Origin: Amoebidium appalachense
Taxonomy: Eukaryota > Protista > Ichthyosporea
Direction of reading: 5' to 3'
Assembly: GCA_963693365.1 (NCBI GenBank)
Contig: CAVNZM010000005.1
Span: forward strand, 5,277,167 to 5,341,166
Length of the DNA stretch: 64,000 nt
Shown here one piece after another: positions 34,735 to 64,000 of the stretch. A program made the translations under genes and the position numbers. Under the pieces are notes generated by a model. The model ran no database searches and was not told the DNA's origin. It was given only the letters and a program-made list of their open reading frames with translations. Positions within the stretch are counted from its first letter, which is position 1. Each line of letters opens with the position of its first letter.

Positions 34735-36128
34735 ATGAACAAAACTTGAAAACTCTGGTGCCTCTCAAGAGATTATCGACACGACGGGTCTCTGGCTGAG
34801 ACCGTTTCTATGCTTTTGATCAGACCGTGTGATTGTGTGTGGAGTGCTCTAATTTTTCCTATATTCTCTTTTAGAGGTTCCTTTTGAATTACGAGGAAAC
34901 CCTACCATGCCCTCAACAAACGGCTCCGAATCCATGTTGTTGGCTCACTTGGCAAGGTCGATAAGGGAGGGAGATGTGGAAAAAGTCGAAGAACCTTCGT
35001 CAGTGGAAAAGCCACCGGCACACAGCCAAATCAAACAGCGTGTCTATGGCAGGACCTATGTCGTTCAGCTCTGACACATCCAGACCTCAAAAAACCAAAG
35101 ATACAAGAAGAGCGAGGGATCTGGACAGCCTTGAGAAGAAAGATTGGCTCTGGAAAGCGTAAACGCGACTACTTGGCTGGAAAGTTACTAGGTTCAAAGC
35201 AGCAGGTAGGGCTGTGCAGGCCTCTTTAACGACGCTATCATAAAACTGAAGAATAATATTATAATCCCACGTCTTTTCCTCTCACATCCATATAGTTGCC
35301 GAGAAGTGGGGTGAGGGAACGTCTATGCTTCTTCAACACAGCCACGTGTGAAAAACAAAGCAGCCGTTTGGCTGTTTGGGCGGTCTCCCCAGCGCTGACA
35401 GCCGCGGTGAAACCACCAAAAAGCAGCCAATCAAAATGTGCGTATGTCAAACGGGGGTAAATATATTCCTTCTCATCAGAAAACGCACTCAAACAAATAT
35501 CATTAACATAAGCAAACAATTTATTATAGGAAAAAAGTAATAATCAATCAAGTTTTGAATATTTATAAATGAATAAAATGAATTAATTTCTTTATGTTAT
35601 GTATTTTGGTCGGAGGTAAGACTTCTATAATTCACCGTTGTCTTATCAATATTCGGCTTTCTGCAATTTCTGCAATCAGCCAATCATCATAAAGAAAAGT
35701 CACGAAGAGTTGATTTTGGCGGACTGCTCAGGTATGCACTTGCCATATACAGTTATTCAACTTTCCTTTTTGGGCGAATATAAAATTTTCAAAATGTAAG
35801 CTTTCGGTAACGTCACCAGACTGTCTCGTGTGCACTTAGGAAAAACGAAAACCTGTCTTTAAAACTTTAATAAGCATGGATTTTCCGGGAGAAAGTCCGC
35901 ATTACATAAGAAACTGAATTATTTTGCCACACGAAAATGGCTAGAAAGAAAAGGAGTTGCTATTGGAGGAGCTCGAAAACATGGTAGTTTCTCGTGTTGC
36001 AATTACATCTGTCTGAGTCAACAAGTCAACATCTTATTACTTTATGTGGGCCAGATTGTCATTTCTGATAGAACAGCCGTTGACACAAATAACACCAGCT
36101 CTCAGACTCTATCCTGGAATAGAACAAT

Positions 36129-37573
36129 ATGGAAAGCATAGAGCTCTACGCCCATGAAGAGTTGGACGATTCTCGTGGAGTCAGTGATGATGAAGAGGCA
36201 AAGGTGCAGGCTGAGCCTCCGGACACACAGAACCGTTGCAGTATTGCCACAACTGGACAGAACAAGTCGCTTGAAGGGGCAGTTGCAGCTAGGTAATTAT
36301 TTCTCTGCCTTTTTTTGGCATTCGTTATTTTGTGTTTATCTGAAGAAAAACCTCACCATCCTGTTTAGATTATCAGAATCTGTTGGGACATCTATTCCGC
36401 ATCAGGGCCTGCACTTGGGCCTCAGCGCCAAAAAATGAACCATTATACCCCCCCCCCCCCCCCCCCTCCCTTTCCCTCGTGCATCCCACCCATGTTCCAG
36501 TGAAGCAATATCCGAGTTGAGCTTCGTATACTTGCAGCCCCTTAGATTGGGCTCTATAATAATGATGCGGACTCTTTGCACAATGTGAATCGTGCTGTTC
36601 GTAATGAACGTGTACCTCGTTACTGAACTCTGTGACGCATTCCGACTCCCCCCTTCCCCTCCCCCCCTCCCCCCCTTCCCCTCCCTCCTCCTCCTCCTCC
36701 TGCAGTTATGGCCTTGTGCGTACACATGAACTGGAGCACCCGGCTTCTCCTGCTGCTCGACACGAGATACTGGGCGGTTTGCGTCCGTCCAAGCTTGTTC
36801 CTTCGTGTCTCATGCCGCTCTTCCCAACACCCGGTGAACCGTATTCCCTTGGCCCAGTTTTCCCACCCTCAGTTCTGTATTGCGTGAGCACAACTAGATG
36901 TATGTATGGCCCCCTTCCACCAAGCATCTCACAAACCGAGCAACATGCCACCGCCCCGGGTGTCGGCAAAAATCTGTTTTCTTCAGCGTGTGAGTTAGAC
37001 TTCAGGGGTGAATACTCTACCGAGTTGCAGACTACAAATCATGTTCTTGCACATGAGGTAGGAACATCGTTTGAAGGAGGTAGCACTGAGGACATGGAGG
37101 CGGGAGGAAAATATGTGTGGGAGCCACACACCCCCAGCACACCCAAAAACATAGAGAAACTAAGTTGTCATCGCCAGAAGAAGAGTGACGAAACATCAGG
37201 ACGACTCTCGGCACCCAGTCCATTGAAAGCCCACCTTGCTAGTAGGTCAAGATCAAAACGAAAAAGTGCTGTTCAAGTTGTATCCGAAGGTGAAATAACG
37301 AGAAGGAAAGCGCGGCCCTTGGTAGGTTTGGAAGACGTCATTATGGTTGCGGTTGCTGAGCATTTTGGATTGAGCAACTTCCAACCGCACGATTTAATCC
37401 CGTTTATGCTTGACAAAGGGTTGAACGAGAAAATGGAAAACGGGGAAGGTGGGACGGAGACAGAGGATGCTGAGAGGGTTGGGGTGATGGTGGCACGACG
37501 GGTGGCGGCTTTGGCTCGGTGTGGACGTTTGCAGAGGGTCGGGGAATACTACAGGATGGTCGGCAAGGAATAA
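36129..37573 (+). CDS. Hypothetical protein with a possible C-terminal winged-helix domain
   Basis: Exon 36129-36292 (MESIELYAHEELDD...) joins exon 36706-37573 in phase 2 through a GT-AG intron; long open non-repetitive frame. Confidence 0.6.
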
Positions 37574-37907
37574 ATGCGCTTTCTTAGGGTATGTCCAGTG
37601 TGTATGGTGTATTTTGGCGCTACTACTACTACTACTACTACTTCTTCTTCTTCTTCTTCTTTTTTTTTTTCCCCGTGAAACCCTTACTAATAATTATATA
37701 TTGGGCATTGGGGTTTAACACTGCAAACAGTTATGAAGGTGGCGTCAATACATGAGGATAGTAGAAGTTAGCAAAAAATTGGACACACATGTGTATAGTG
37801 TGGCCCTCGGTCCCGGAGTGGTGGGGATGGGGGTCGTGGCGGTGGCGTTTGGCGGCGGGGGTTCCCCCCTCCCCCCCCCTCTTTTCTTTCTTACTTTTTT
37901 TTTTTTT

Positions 37908-37957
<50 letters not shown>

Positions 37958-38463
37958 TGTATCAATTGTGGGAGATATTATATGAGAGCTTAGGTTTTTA
38001 CTCCTGTTCCAGTTTATTACTGTGAATACTACGAACTGCAATAAGATATCGTCACCCTTCTACGAATTTATCTTTCTGAATCAGATCAAGCACGAACTAC
38101 TAGCGTGCATAGAACATACACGCATGCTGAATGACTGTAAATACTGTTTGCTCTCTCTCTCTCTCTCTCACTCTCCCCCTCTCCCTCTCTCTCTCTGTTA
38201 AGATTGTAGTTATGGATGCTCTCTCTTCTCTCTCTCTCTCTGTGAAAACGGATACAGTCTGATTTTAATACGGAAACTCCTTCACCTTTCGACCTCTTTA
38301 ACACCAAGGCAATTGAAAAATTAGGACACAGCTTTAAAAGATTTGAACACCTTTCTTCCCTTCGTTGACAAGGAACTACCTTAACAATGATGTGTAGTTG
38401 GCGCCTGAAATTACCGTGCCGGTTGCGCAAATACATATTGCGAAAATTTAGTTTATCCACAAG

Positions 38464-55176
<16,713 letters not shown>

Positions 55177-55763
55177 ACCCTCGCGTTAATCTTGCGCAAA
55201 AAGTTAGTGTTATTTTAAGGACGTACTAAGGTTAGTGCTTGTGCAAGTGAAGCTTGTTTCCGAAGCATCGTGCTAACTTGTTTTCCTTTCAGAAAGCAAC
55301 ATTCGGGGAGTCCAAAAGGGGTAAATAGCAAGTATATGTGCTATGATTTGGACCTCCAGTGATGTGTTGCGTATATAGGCCTATACACGGCTATACACGG
55401 TAGAAAGAGCATATAGTAGGGTTCCGAGAAAGTTTGCGCCCGTCAAGCTTGTACAACTTGGCAAGCCCAAAGCGCAGTCACAGCGGCTGTTTTTTGAAAG
55501 TGGCGCGCGATTCTCAAAAACCAATCTAACTTTGAAAAAAATAAACGTTTTTGGAAGTGTTATTTACACTTTTGATTGGTTGTAATCATTTTGGCGGTTG
55601 GTTTGATCTGAGCCTATGGCGGCTGCGCGGCTCAGAACAACCGCAAAAGAGAACTTCCCGGCGAAAAGGGAAAGAGGAGTGACTGTACTGTTTTGTTCTG
55701 TTTGGTGCAGTTCATAGCCAGCATTTTCTGACAGTTATAAGAGAGTACAGCACAAAAGAGAGA
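55177..55763. promoter_or_regulatory. Bidirectional promoter with CHR-, E2F- and CCAAT-like motifs
   Basis: Divergent ATGs ~590 bp apart; TTTGAA at 55493 and 55531, GGCGCGCG at 55502, CCAAT at 55521, ATTGG at 55575, TTTGGCGG at 55590. Confidence 0.6.
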
Positions 55764-58020
55764 ATGGGGCCCAAAAAGCCAGTTTTAGACAACTACAGAA
55801 CACTGGAGGCTCGTCTGGAGTCGTTCAAGAAATGGCCCATCGCAGAAACTGCAAAGGCCAGCGGTAAAAGGGTAGGCCCTCACTTTATTATCCATGGCAT
55901 AACTTGGTAGTAAAACGTAGGCTTTAATTCGGGGAGTTGGGAGCGTTGCAGGTCAACTTTAAAAATCCGGAAACTTAACACAAGGGACAACTTCTCATGG
56001 AAGATTTGCTGGCATGACTTCGTGTCTCCCTATCTGCCCTCTTCCACACCGCTTTGCCCTTCTGAACCAAATGCAGCCACTAATGTTTCGTAACGCAGCT
56101 GGCAGAGGCTGGGTTTTATCGCATCTCAACGAAGCAACCAGGGAGCCGCAACACCACGTGCTTCAGTTGCCAGAAGTGCCTGGAAGGCTGGGAGAGTGAT
56201 GACGACCCTATGCATGTGTCCCCTCACTGTCTGTTTGTCCTCTGTATTGCAATACAATAGGGATAATATAGTCGAGGTGTTGGCGACGGTTAGGGAAAAG
56301 AAGAATGGTGAGCTGAATTTTGGGTTTGTGATGCATTTCAAAAAACTGGGGATAGGAGAGCTGGTGTGGAGTTGCAGGAGGATGAGTCGGGACACAGGGG
56401 ATTTTTGAACTGGCATGGTTAGACACTGAAATGGGGGTGTAAGGCTTGGCGGACCAGCCGTTTTCATGTGCTATAATTACCACATCTGGTGTATGGATTC
56501 CAAGAACCGCACACTCTTTTTATATTGCCCTGTTGCCTGGTCGTTTTTTTAGTATGTGTACTAGTGGCTAGGTGCGCCATTTCTCTTACGCACACATGAG
56601 CCCATGCTGGGAAACTAGACAGCAGGTCTTACTTAGTTGTTCTCACGTGCAGTGCCGAACATAAGCGCGGCACCGAAAACCGGTGCAGGTACCTTGAACG
56701 TCAAGATTTGAAGTTCAGGTTGTCCACTTTTAAGGACAATTGGCCACATCCCGTTGGTGGAACATGGAAGGCAACTCCAGAAACGGTGGGGCCTGTTATG
56801 TTTCCATGTGCTATCCTGGGTGTGGGTGCATTGTGAGTGTGGTGGTGTTTAAAGAGTGTGTGTGTGTGCGCGGGGGGGGGGGGGGGGGGGGGGGGGGGGA
56901 TGGCACGGGGCAAGAGGGGAAGGCGGGGGTGGGGGGGGGGGGGTTGAGAGGGGAGGAGGGTAACGGAAGGGTATATCCCTGATTGTTGGATGCTGTAGTT
57001 CCTTTCCTTTCCGGGGGGGGGGGGGGGGGGGGGGGATGGAAGGCGGGTTGCTGTTGTCCTTAGAATGGCAGAATATTACACTGTGATGGTGTGCAACACC
57101 GCGAACACGACCGAGAAACTCTGATACGTGCAGTGAAAGCGGTTGCAAAGGAACTCGGAGTGGAGTGGAGCAGACTTTGTGGTGCTAGGGGCTTGTGCTC
57201 TTGCTGTCATCTTTTCTACTTTCTTTGCTTTTTTCTTTCCGTCCGTTGAAAGGTGCCGTGATTTGTCCCCTCCTTTCTTTCGTTGAGAGATGCTGTCAAA
57301 GAGATTGAAAAAGAAGGAAAGAAGAATGTAGTCTTGTGGTGATATGGGTGCGCGCTTTTGCTTTCTTTTCATTCTCTATTCTCCTTACCATCCACCCCCC
57401 TTTCACCCATTTCCCTGACATTCGCATAGCTCGGTTGCCCCGATTACTTATGTGCCTAGATTGAGGTTCCCCCGCACGGGCATCTTATCCACCCCCACCC
57501 CTACTTCATACAACCTGAAACTGAACACGTGTGTACTCGCACACTCTCCCTTTTAAATCTGCTGGTCATGCACAACCCTGTCCGTACCCCCCCCCCCCCT
57601 CCCCCCCAGTGGGGACGTACACATACAGCTACTCACAACACCCTGTACTATCGTGTTACTTTCTACACGTGTTTTCATACATGGGAGATGGTGTGCACAC
57701 CCATACGCCCCCACAAACAGCAACATGCACTAACCCAATTATCTGCAACACTCGCACACCAGATAACCCCCCTTCCCCCCCCAGTCCCCCCTCCTCCCCC
57801 CCCCCCCCCCCCCCCCCCCCCCGCCCAAACACAAGCGCGCAAATGCACCTGCACGCGCGCGCGCACACACACACACATAAACACACACACACACACACAC
57901 AGCTTGCCGAGTGTGGGTTCTACTGGTTTGGGGATGAGGCCGAACTAGACCTCACCGAGTGTGTGTGCTGTGGCTACAACCTTGTGGGTTGGGAGCCGGA
58001 TGATGACCCAGTGTATGTTC

Positions 58021-58062
<42 letters not shown>

Positions 58063-58784
58063 TCCTCCTCCTCCCAACACCCACCCATGCAACTACCTCT
58101 CTTCAACTGCCTCCACCACTATCACTACACAGTAGAAATGAGACACACAAACATATGTTAGTTAACCCTCAACACCCTTCCATCTATTCTGCCCGTGTTG
58201 ACCATGCTTAGCAAAGCTGCTTCCTTACACCCCCCCCCCCCCCCCCCCCCAACACCACCACCACCACACACACACCCCACAGTCTCATCCACGGCAACCT
58301 TCGATATTTATGCTGGCTGTTTGATGAGGTTACACATTTATGATGGTAGAGAGAAACCGATGAGGGGAGGGGGGTAGAAAACAATGAACTAGAACCAAAA
58401 AATGTGTAGAAATAAAGTGAGAGAAGCATACCATTGTGGCCGTGCTGGTCGGCGGATGGAGGGTTGAGGGAGTGGGTGGGGGTAGGGGGGAGGGGTGGGA
58501 AGGCTGCAGATTCGGATTCCGTGGATGGGCAGTTGGGTTCTTTTCCGGCCCCCCGAGGTAATGGGGGGGGGGAGGGGGAGGGGGAGAGGGGGAAGGGGGG
58601 CATTCTGCAATCTGATCTCCAGACTGAAATGTGTGTTGGTACAGTGCGCTGCATTTCGCCAAGAAGCCATATTGCCCGTATGCTATTGCTGCGCACCAGC
58701 GCGCCACAAACACCATCAAACTGGAAGCTGAAAAGGTAATCCCCCATCCCCCTCCTCCTTCTTCTCCTCCCTCCCCTCCCCCCC

Positions 58785-58826
<42 letters not shown>

Positions 58827-59213
58827 TCTCTCTCTCTCTACCAGCACACAAATGTCAACCCACTCATACCCCTGGGTTGTTTTTGGATTACCCCTTTTCT
58901 ATAACTTTTTGATGGAGCTTTCCATACTCCGGGGCACCCATATGTAGATAGAAATGAGCTTGTATTTGACATGCGTTAAGTCACACCATCAGACTGCTCC
59001 AAACCAACACCACACCAACAGAAATTTCATACGACTTGTTCCGGACCTCAATAATGTTGTTTCTTATGGCTTTGGAAAAAAACAGGATGACTGGATAATC
59101 TGGGGGGAGAAAAGAAGAAAAACTGTGGTTGCATGGTTAATAGAATTGTGCAATGGTGTTATTTCGCTCTGCAGCTTGTGTGCTAATTGTTTGCCACTGC
59201 ATTCCGACACACA

Positions 59214-59273
<60 letters not shown>

Positions 59274-59411
59274 TGGCAAACACGCTAGCCAGTGCGCATA
59301 CCCCCCCCCCCCCCCCCCCCCCCCCAACACAAAAAAAGGAAGAAGAAAAAGAGTAAGGAAGAAGAAAAGGAAAGAAAAGGAAATATCCACACATGTGTGC
59401 TCGCGCGCGCG

Positions 59412-59460
<49 letters not shown>

Positions 59461-60050
59461 ACACGACACGCGTGCACAACTACGCTCAACCAGAAACCGG
59501 AGAAGTCTATTCCAGCCAAAGCCGCAAAAGCCCCCGCCGCCAAGCCGGGAGTCAAGCGAAGAAACGCCCCACGAAAATCCGTCAAGCCAAAAGCTAAAGC
59601 GGAGCCAGAGGAAGAAGACAAAGAGGATGAAAAGGAGAACGAGAGTATGTCGGATGCTGAGCCGATAAAGGTACTCTTTATTAACTCTACGGGTGTACTC
59701 TTTAACACACCGGGTGTTCTGTGGTGCTAAATTGTGTGTTTTGTTTTGCCGATGCTTGTGTCTGTGGGGATAGTTGCATACCCCCCCCCCCCCCCCCATT
59801 CCCCCTAACACCTCACCCCTCCCCACTCTCCACACAAGTACTCACCAATACACACACACATACGCACACTCAAGCACGCACACACTCACCATACACCGTG
59901 ACGCGCACGGGCACACACACACATACATCCACACACACACACACTTTCTCTTAATTTGCCGTGTACTCTTTGTGCATTTTCTTGTGAATGAGTCTGTATC
60001 CATCACCGTGTTTTCTTTATGCGCATGGCCTTCCTCGTTCCCTCTGTGCC

Positions 60051-60084
<34 letters not shown>

Positions 60085-60181
60085 ACCCGCGGCCCCTCTG
60101 TCCCTCCCTTCTCCCCCAGTTCTGGGTTGTAAGCACGATGCTAAAACGTCTGTATCACCCATATGGTGCTATGTATTGTAA

Positions 60182-60214
<33 letters not shown>

Positions 60215-60308
60215 CCACCAACCACCAACCACCAACCACCACCATCCTTTAATCCGCATTATCACAACCCCCACCAGCTCAGCAAGAAAGAAAGATTTTT
60301 TCTTTTAC

Positions 60309-60349
<41 letters not shown>

Positions 60350-60646
60350 TCCTTTCCCCCCCCCCCCCCAAACACCCAAACACCCAACACCCAACACCCA
60401 AAACGTACACACACACACACATGCCGGTAGGACATGTGGCCAGGCCTCACTTACGAGCTTTTCCATCACTTGTCTGAAGTTCTGTGTTTCTTCCTCCAAA
60501 CTGAATCACCACAACATCACCCCACTATGCGCACACACACGCGCGCGCAAACATTGACCCCAATCATACTTGCACTTCATCCGTTTCCCTCCAAGTTCTA
60601 ATCCCCTAAACCTCCCAATGAGCCTCCCCCCCCCCCTCCCCCGCGC

Positions 60647-60693
<47 letters not shown>

Positions 60694-61522
60694 AGCCGCT
60701 GCCGCCGCCACCCCAGAAGAAACCTAAGCTGCAGCAGAAAACCCCCCAGGGACCTGTGCAGTGTTTGAGTGTGGACGACCTCTATGACTCTGAGAGCGCA
60801 GAGAAGGTTCCAGTCCCTGAAATTGCTCGTGAGGTGACTATCCCCAAGGCGAGTCGTTCGGTTACTGTGTAGCTTTCTCTGCGGTTTGTTTCGTATCTTT
60901 TCTCGTTTTGTTCTCTAGCGTGGGCAGGGGACCCTGGGAAAGATGGGGTTGGGGGAGGAAGGGGGTGGGTGCTGGGGGGAGTTTGGGGGGAGGGGGGGGA
61001 GAACATGTTGCGTGAAAACAGCACAACAAACAACCCATGCATCGATAAAGTGAACCAGCTATCAGAAAACGGTTAATATTGCTTCATCTGACCACAATAT
61101 TCCATCACAGGCCGATACACCAACCTTGGAGATGAACCTCGCTAAGAACCCGGCCCGGAAAATGAATATAAAAGCACAGGCAAAGACACCTGCCCAGGTT
61201 CGGGAATCGAACGGGAAAAGCGTGCAAAAACCGGAAAATGTGGATGATACAGAAACAGACGAGCAGTCAAACAAAGAAAACGAGCTACCTACCGAAGCGG
61301 CGCACACGGAGGGTGTCAAAGAAAAACGGGAAATTTTGAAGGAAAGAAACGTTGATGAAGGTGTTGGTGCGGGTGAGGTTGGTGAGCAAGTGAGTTGGGA
61401 GAAGGAAAGAGAAGAAAGGGCACAGTGCGAAGGATGGGATCATGTGGATCGTTTCTGTGGGATGAAAATGCATGAGGATGACAGGGAATGGGTCGAGTTC
61501 GCCATACAGCAGACCGTACGTG

Positions 61523-61590
<68 letters not shown>

Positions 61591-62613
61591 ACCACCTCCT
61601 CCTCCTCCACACACACACACACACACTTCAACCACCTAGGTAGCCATTTTCTTTGCCGTATAAATACTCACCCTTGCCACACGCACACTCATTCGTAAAC
61701 AAGCATACACACACGTGCATATTCCTCACTTTCCGGGCCTTTCCTTTGTAGTCCTTTTCTTCTCTCGCGGTCTCCCTGTCCGTCAAATTCCTTCTTCGTA
61801 CATTTCTTCTACATTTTTTATTTTTTTTTAAGGAATAATAATATTAACGGCATGCTTCAAGCAATCACCCCTACAGTACCTCCCCCCCTCCCTCTTCATT
61901 GTTGATACCCATCCACACATTCACTCACATTCACATTCACACACGCTCACGCGCACACCACGGCCATTGCCGCTGCCGCCGCAACCCACACAAAAAGAGA
62001 GGGAGAGGGGACGATGCAATTGAGACAGAGTGGGAGGGGAAGGGGAGAGAGGGAAGGGGGGTAGGGGGGAGGGGGGCGTGAGCAAGAGGGAGAAACAGAC
62101 ATGCACAAGCATGCGAATAATCATCTCATGTGTTCCACTGCCACCTCTTCCGACCTTCACTCACAACCCACACCCATTCCATCATAACTCATTATCTGTT
62201 GCCCCATCAACCTTATACTCACTTACTCACTCACACATGCTCTCTCTCACACAGACGCACACACACAAACAGTCACTCACACTCACTCACACTCACACTC
62301 CATCCCCTTTCCCTAAAACATACCACTCACACTCACACTCCACCCCCATTTCCATTTCCCCAAAACATACCACACACTAACACTCACAAACAACAACAGA
62401 AAGTGTTTGCGGCCCGCATGCGAGCCATCGCAGTGTCCAAAAACTTTGACGTTGCAACGGGATATCCTTTTGCGGAGAAAATTTTGTCGCGGTATGAAAA
62501 GGGGGAGATGGGCCTGATGGATCCCCTACCCCTCGAGGTCCAACCTTTGCCCAACACCATCCAAATCGATGGTCGCGGATGCAAGTCTATGGAGGTGCGT
62601 GTGTGGGATGAAT

Positions 62614-62653
<40 letters not shown>

Positions 62654-63058
62654 GGAGGGGGGGGGGGGGAGGGGGCATGAAAGAAAAGGGAGTGGGTGGG
62701 GGCGGGGGTGGAGATGTTGCAGGTGTATTTGAGCCTGGATGGATTTGGGGTTTGGGTGTGTGGGTGTGTGTGTATAGGTACATGTTGGTGTGCCTTTGTG
62801 TGTGTTTCTGTAACAAGTGTGCTTGGTTCGTGTACAAGCTTTGGCGAAGTAAAACAGGCTTAGGCAATTGTTAGGCCGGGTGGGTGAGTGAACGAGTAGG
62901 GGTGTTTTGTTTTTTTTTTTGCGCGGGGGGGGGGGGGGGGGGGGGGGGTAGTGACATCGTTTATACTTACTGACTTTTTTTTTTCCCCGTAGGACGTATA
63001 CCAATCACGCAAGTTCTGGGAAAAGGCGATAATGGTTGGAGAAAAGTAACCCTCCCCA

Positions 63059-63105
<47 letters not shown>

Positions 63106-63220
63106 ACACACACACACACACACACACACGCCCGCGCAAGCACACTCGCAAGTACATATGCTATCTGCAGTCCAAGCTTCCTCTCTCTCTCTTTCTCTCT
63201 CTCTTCTACCCCCCCCCCCC

Positions 63221-63271
<51 letters not shown>

Positions 63272-63392
63272 ACACACACGGCGCACCAGCCCACTTGAAC
63301 CGTCGAACTGCACAACCCACTTCCTTTGTGAGCTTAACATGTGCGTGCATATGTGCTTTTAGGTGTGTTTGGGGGGGTGGGGGGTGGGGGGG

Positions 63393-63437
<45 letters not shown>

Positions 63438-63727
63438 GGAAGGGGGGGGGGGGGGGGGGGGGAGTATTCTGTTATGTCTGATCTGCTCCTAAACAAAGCG
63501 ACATGTTTCCTTGTGCTGATGTTCTTAACAGTTCGGTCGATGTATGGGACACTTTTTCATTCCCCTATCCCCTAACCCCACATCCCAGCCTAACCATCTG
63601 ACATTGTCCCCCCCCCCCCCCCCCCCCCCCTCCCCGGCGTTTCCTCTCCTTTTTCCTCCCTTGGTTCAGTGACTGCGAGAGGAGGCGGATTAAGCTAAGG
63701 GACTGGGTGAATGGAGTCGTGAACAAG
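55764..63727 (+). CDS. Two-BIR survivin/Bir1-like protein; probably continues past the last exon seen
   Basis: Exons 55764-55871 (RLESFKKWP), 56099-56211 (LAEAGFY...CFSC...GWESDDDP), 56653-56785 (EH...[11 protein letters not shown]), 57903-58012 (LAECGFY...CVCC...GWEPDDDP) and 58645-58735 (LH...CPY). Then K/E-rich linker exons (59494-59670, ~60696-60860, ~61066-61515) and helical C-terminal exons (~62400-62594, 62993-63045, 63670-63727). Confidence 0.9.
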
Positions 63728-63793
63728 GTAACCCTGTTACAATGGCCGTAATCAAACAGACAGAGGGGAGAAGCAGGGAAAGAGGGGCCCCCC

Positions 63794-63826
<33 letters not shown>

Positions 63827-64000
63827 AACGAAAGGGGGAGGGGAAGAAAGAGTGGGTGTTGGGGGGGTGAGGGTGTCGGGGGATGGAGGGACGGGGAGGA
63901 AGCAATAGAATGTGTGGATCAACACACATTTTTGGTTGCATCCCTCCGACCTTAGGTCAAAACCCCAGCTGGCCAGGTTTCATTAGAGATAACTTACTGC

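Noticed and set aside
34874-35250. Short + strand ORFs upstream of the ThrE-like gene
   Set aside because: About 60 aa or less, no recognisable motif and no consistent exon chain; may be UTR.

Overview
Intron-rich eukaryotic DNA. The gene mix suggests a non-animal opisthokont such as a unicellular holozoan; this is inference only. Five spliced genes can be read: (1) a divergent Brachyury-like T-box gene (- strand, ~0.4-5.7 kb); (2) a ThrE/PRM10-like membrane protein (-, ~26.2-34.7 kb); (3) an orphan with a possible C-terminal winged helix (+, 36.1-37.6 kb); (4) an SLX4 homolog with animal-type UBZ/MLR/SAP/SBD features (-, 38.5-55.2 kb); and (5) a two-BIR survivin/Bir1-like gene (+, 55.8 kb to the window end), head-to-head with SLX4 across a ~590-bp promoter with CHR-, E2F- and CCAAT-like motifs. 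About 7-25 kb is a nested transposon island: a Harbinger-type MITE, three divergent copies of one LINE clade plus four 70-200 bp copies of their 3' tails, a ~180-bp satellite, a Plavaka/CMC transposase remnant, a DIRS-type RT remnant and apparent excision footprints. Introns are full of strand-biased poly-C and (CA)n/(CT)n tracts next to splice sites. Most ORFs in the supplied track are low-complexity artefacts. All calls are by eye and no searches were run. I found no clear-cut new enzymatic system; the best leads are the LINE-tail micro-insertions, the splice-site repeat pattern and the altered T-box.
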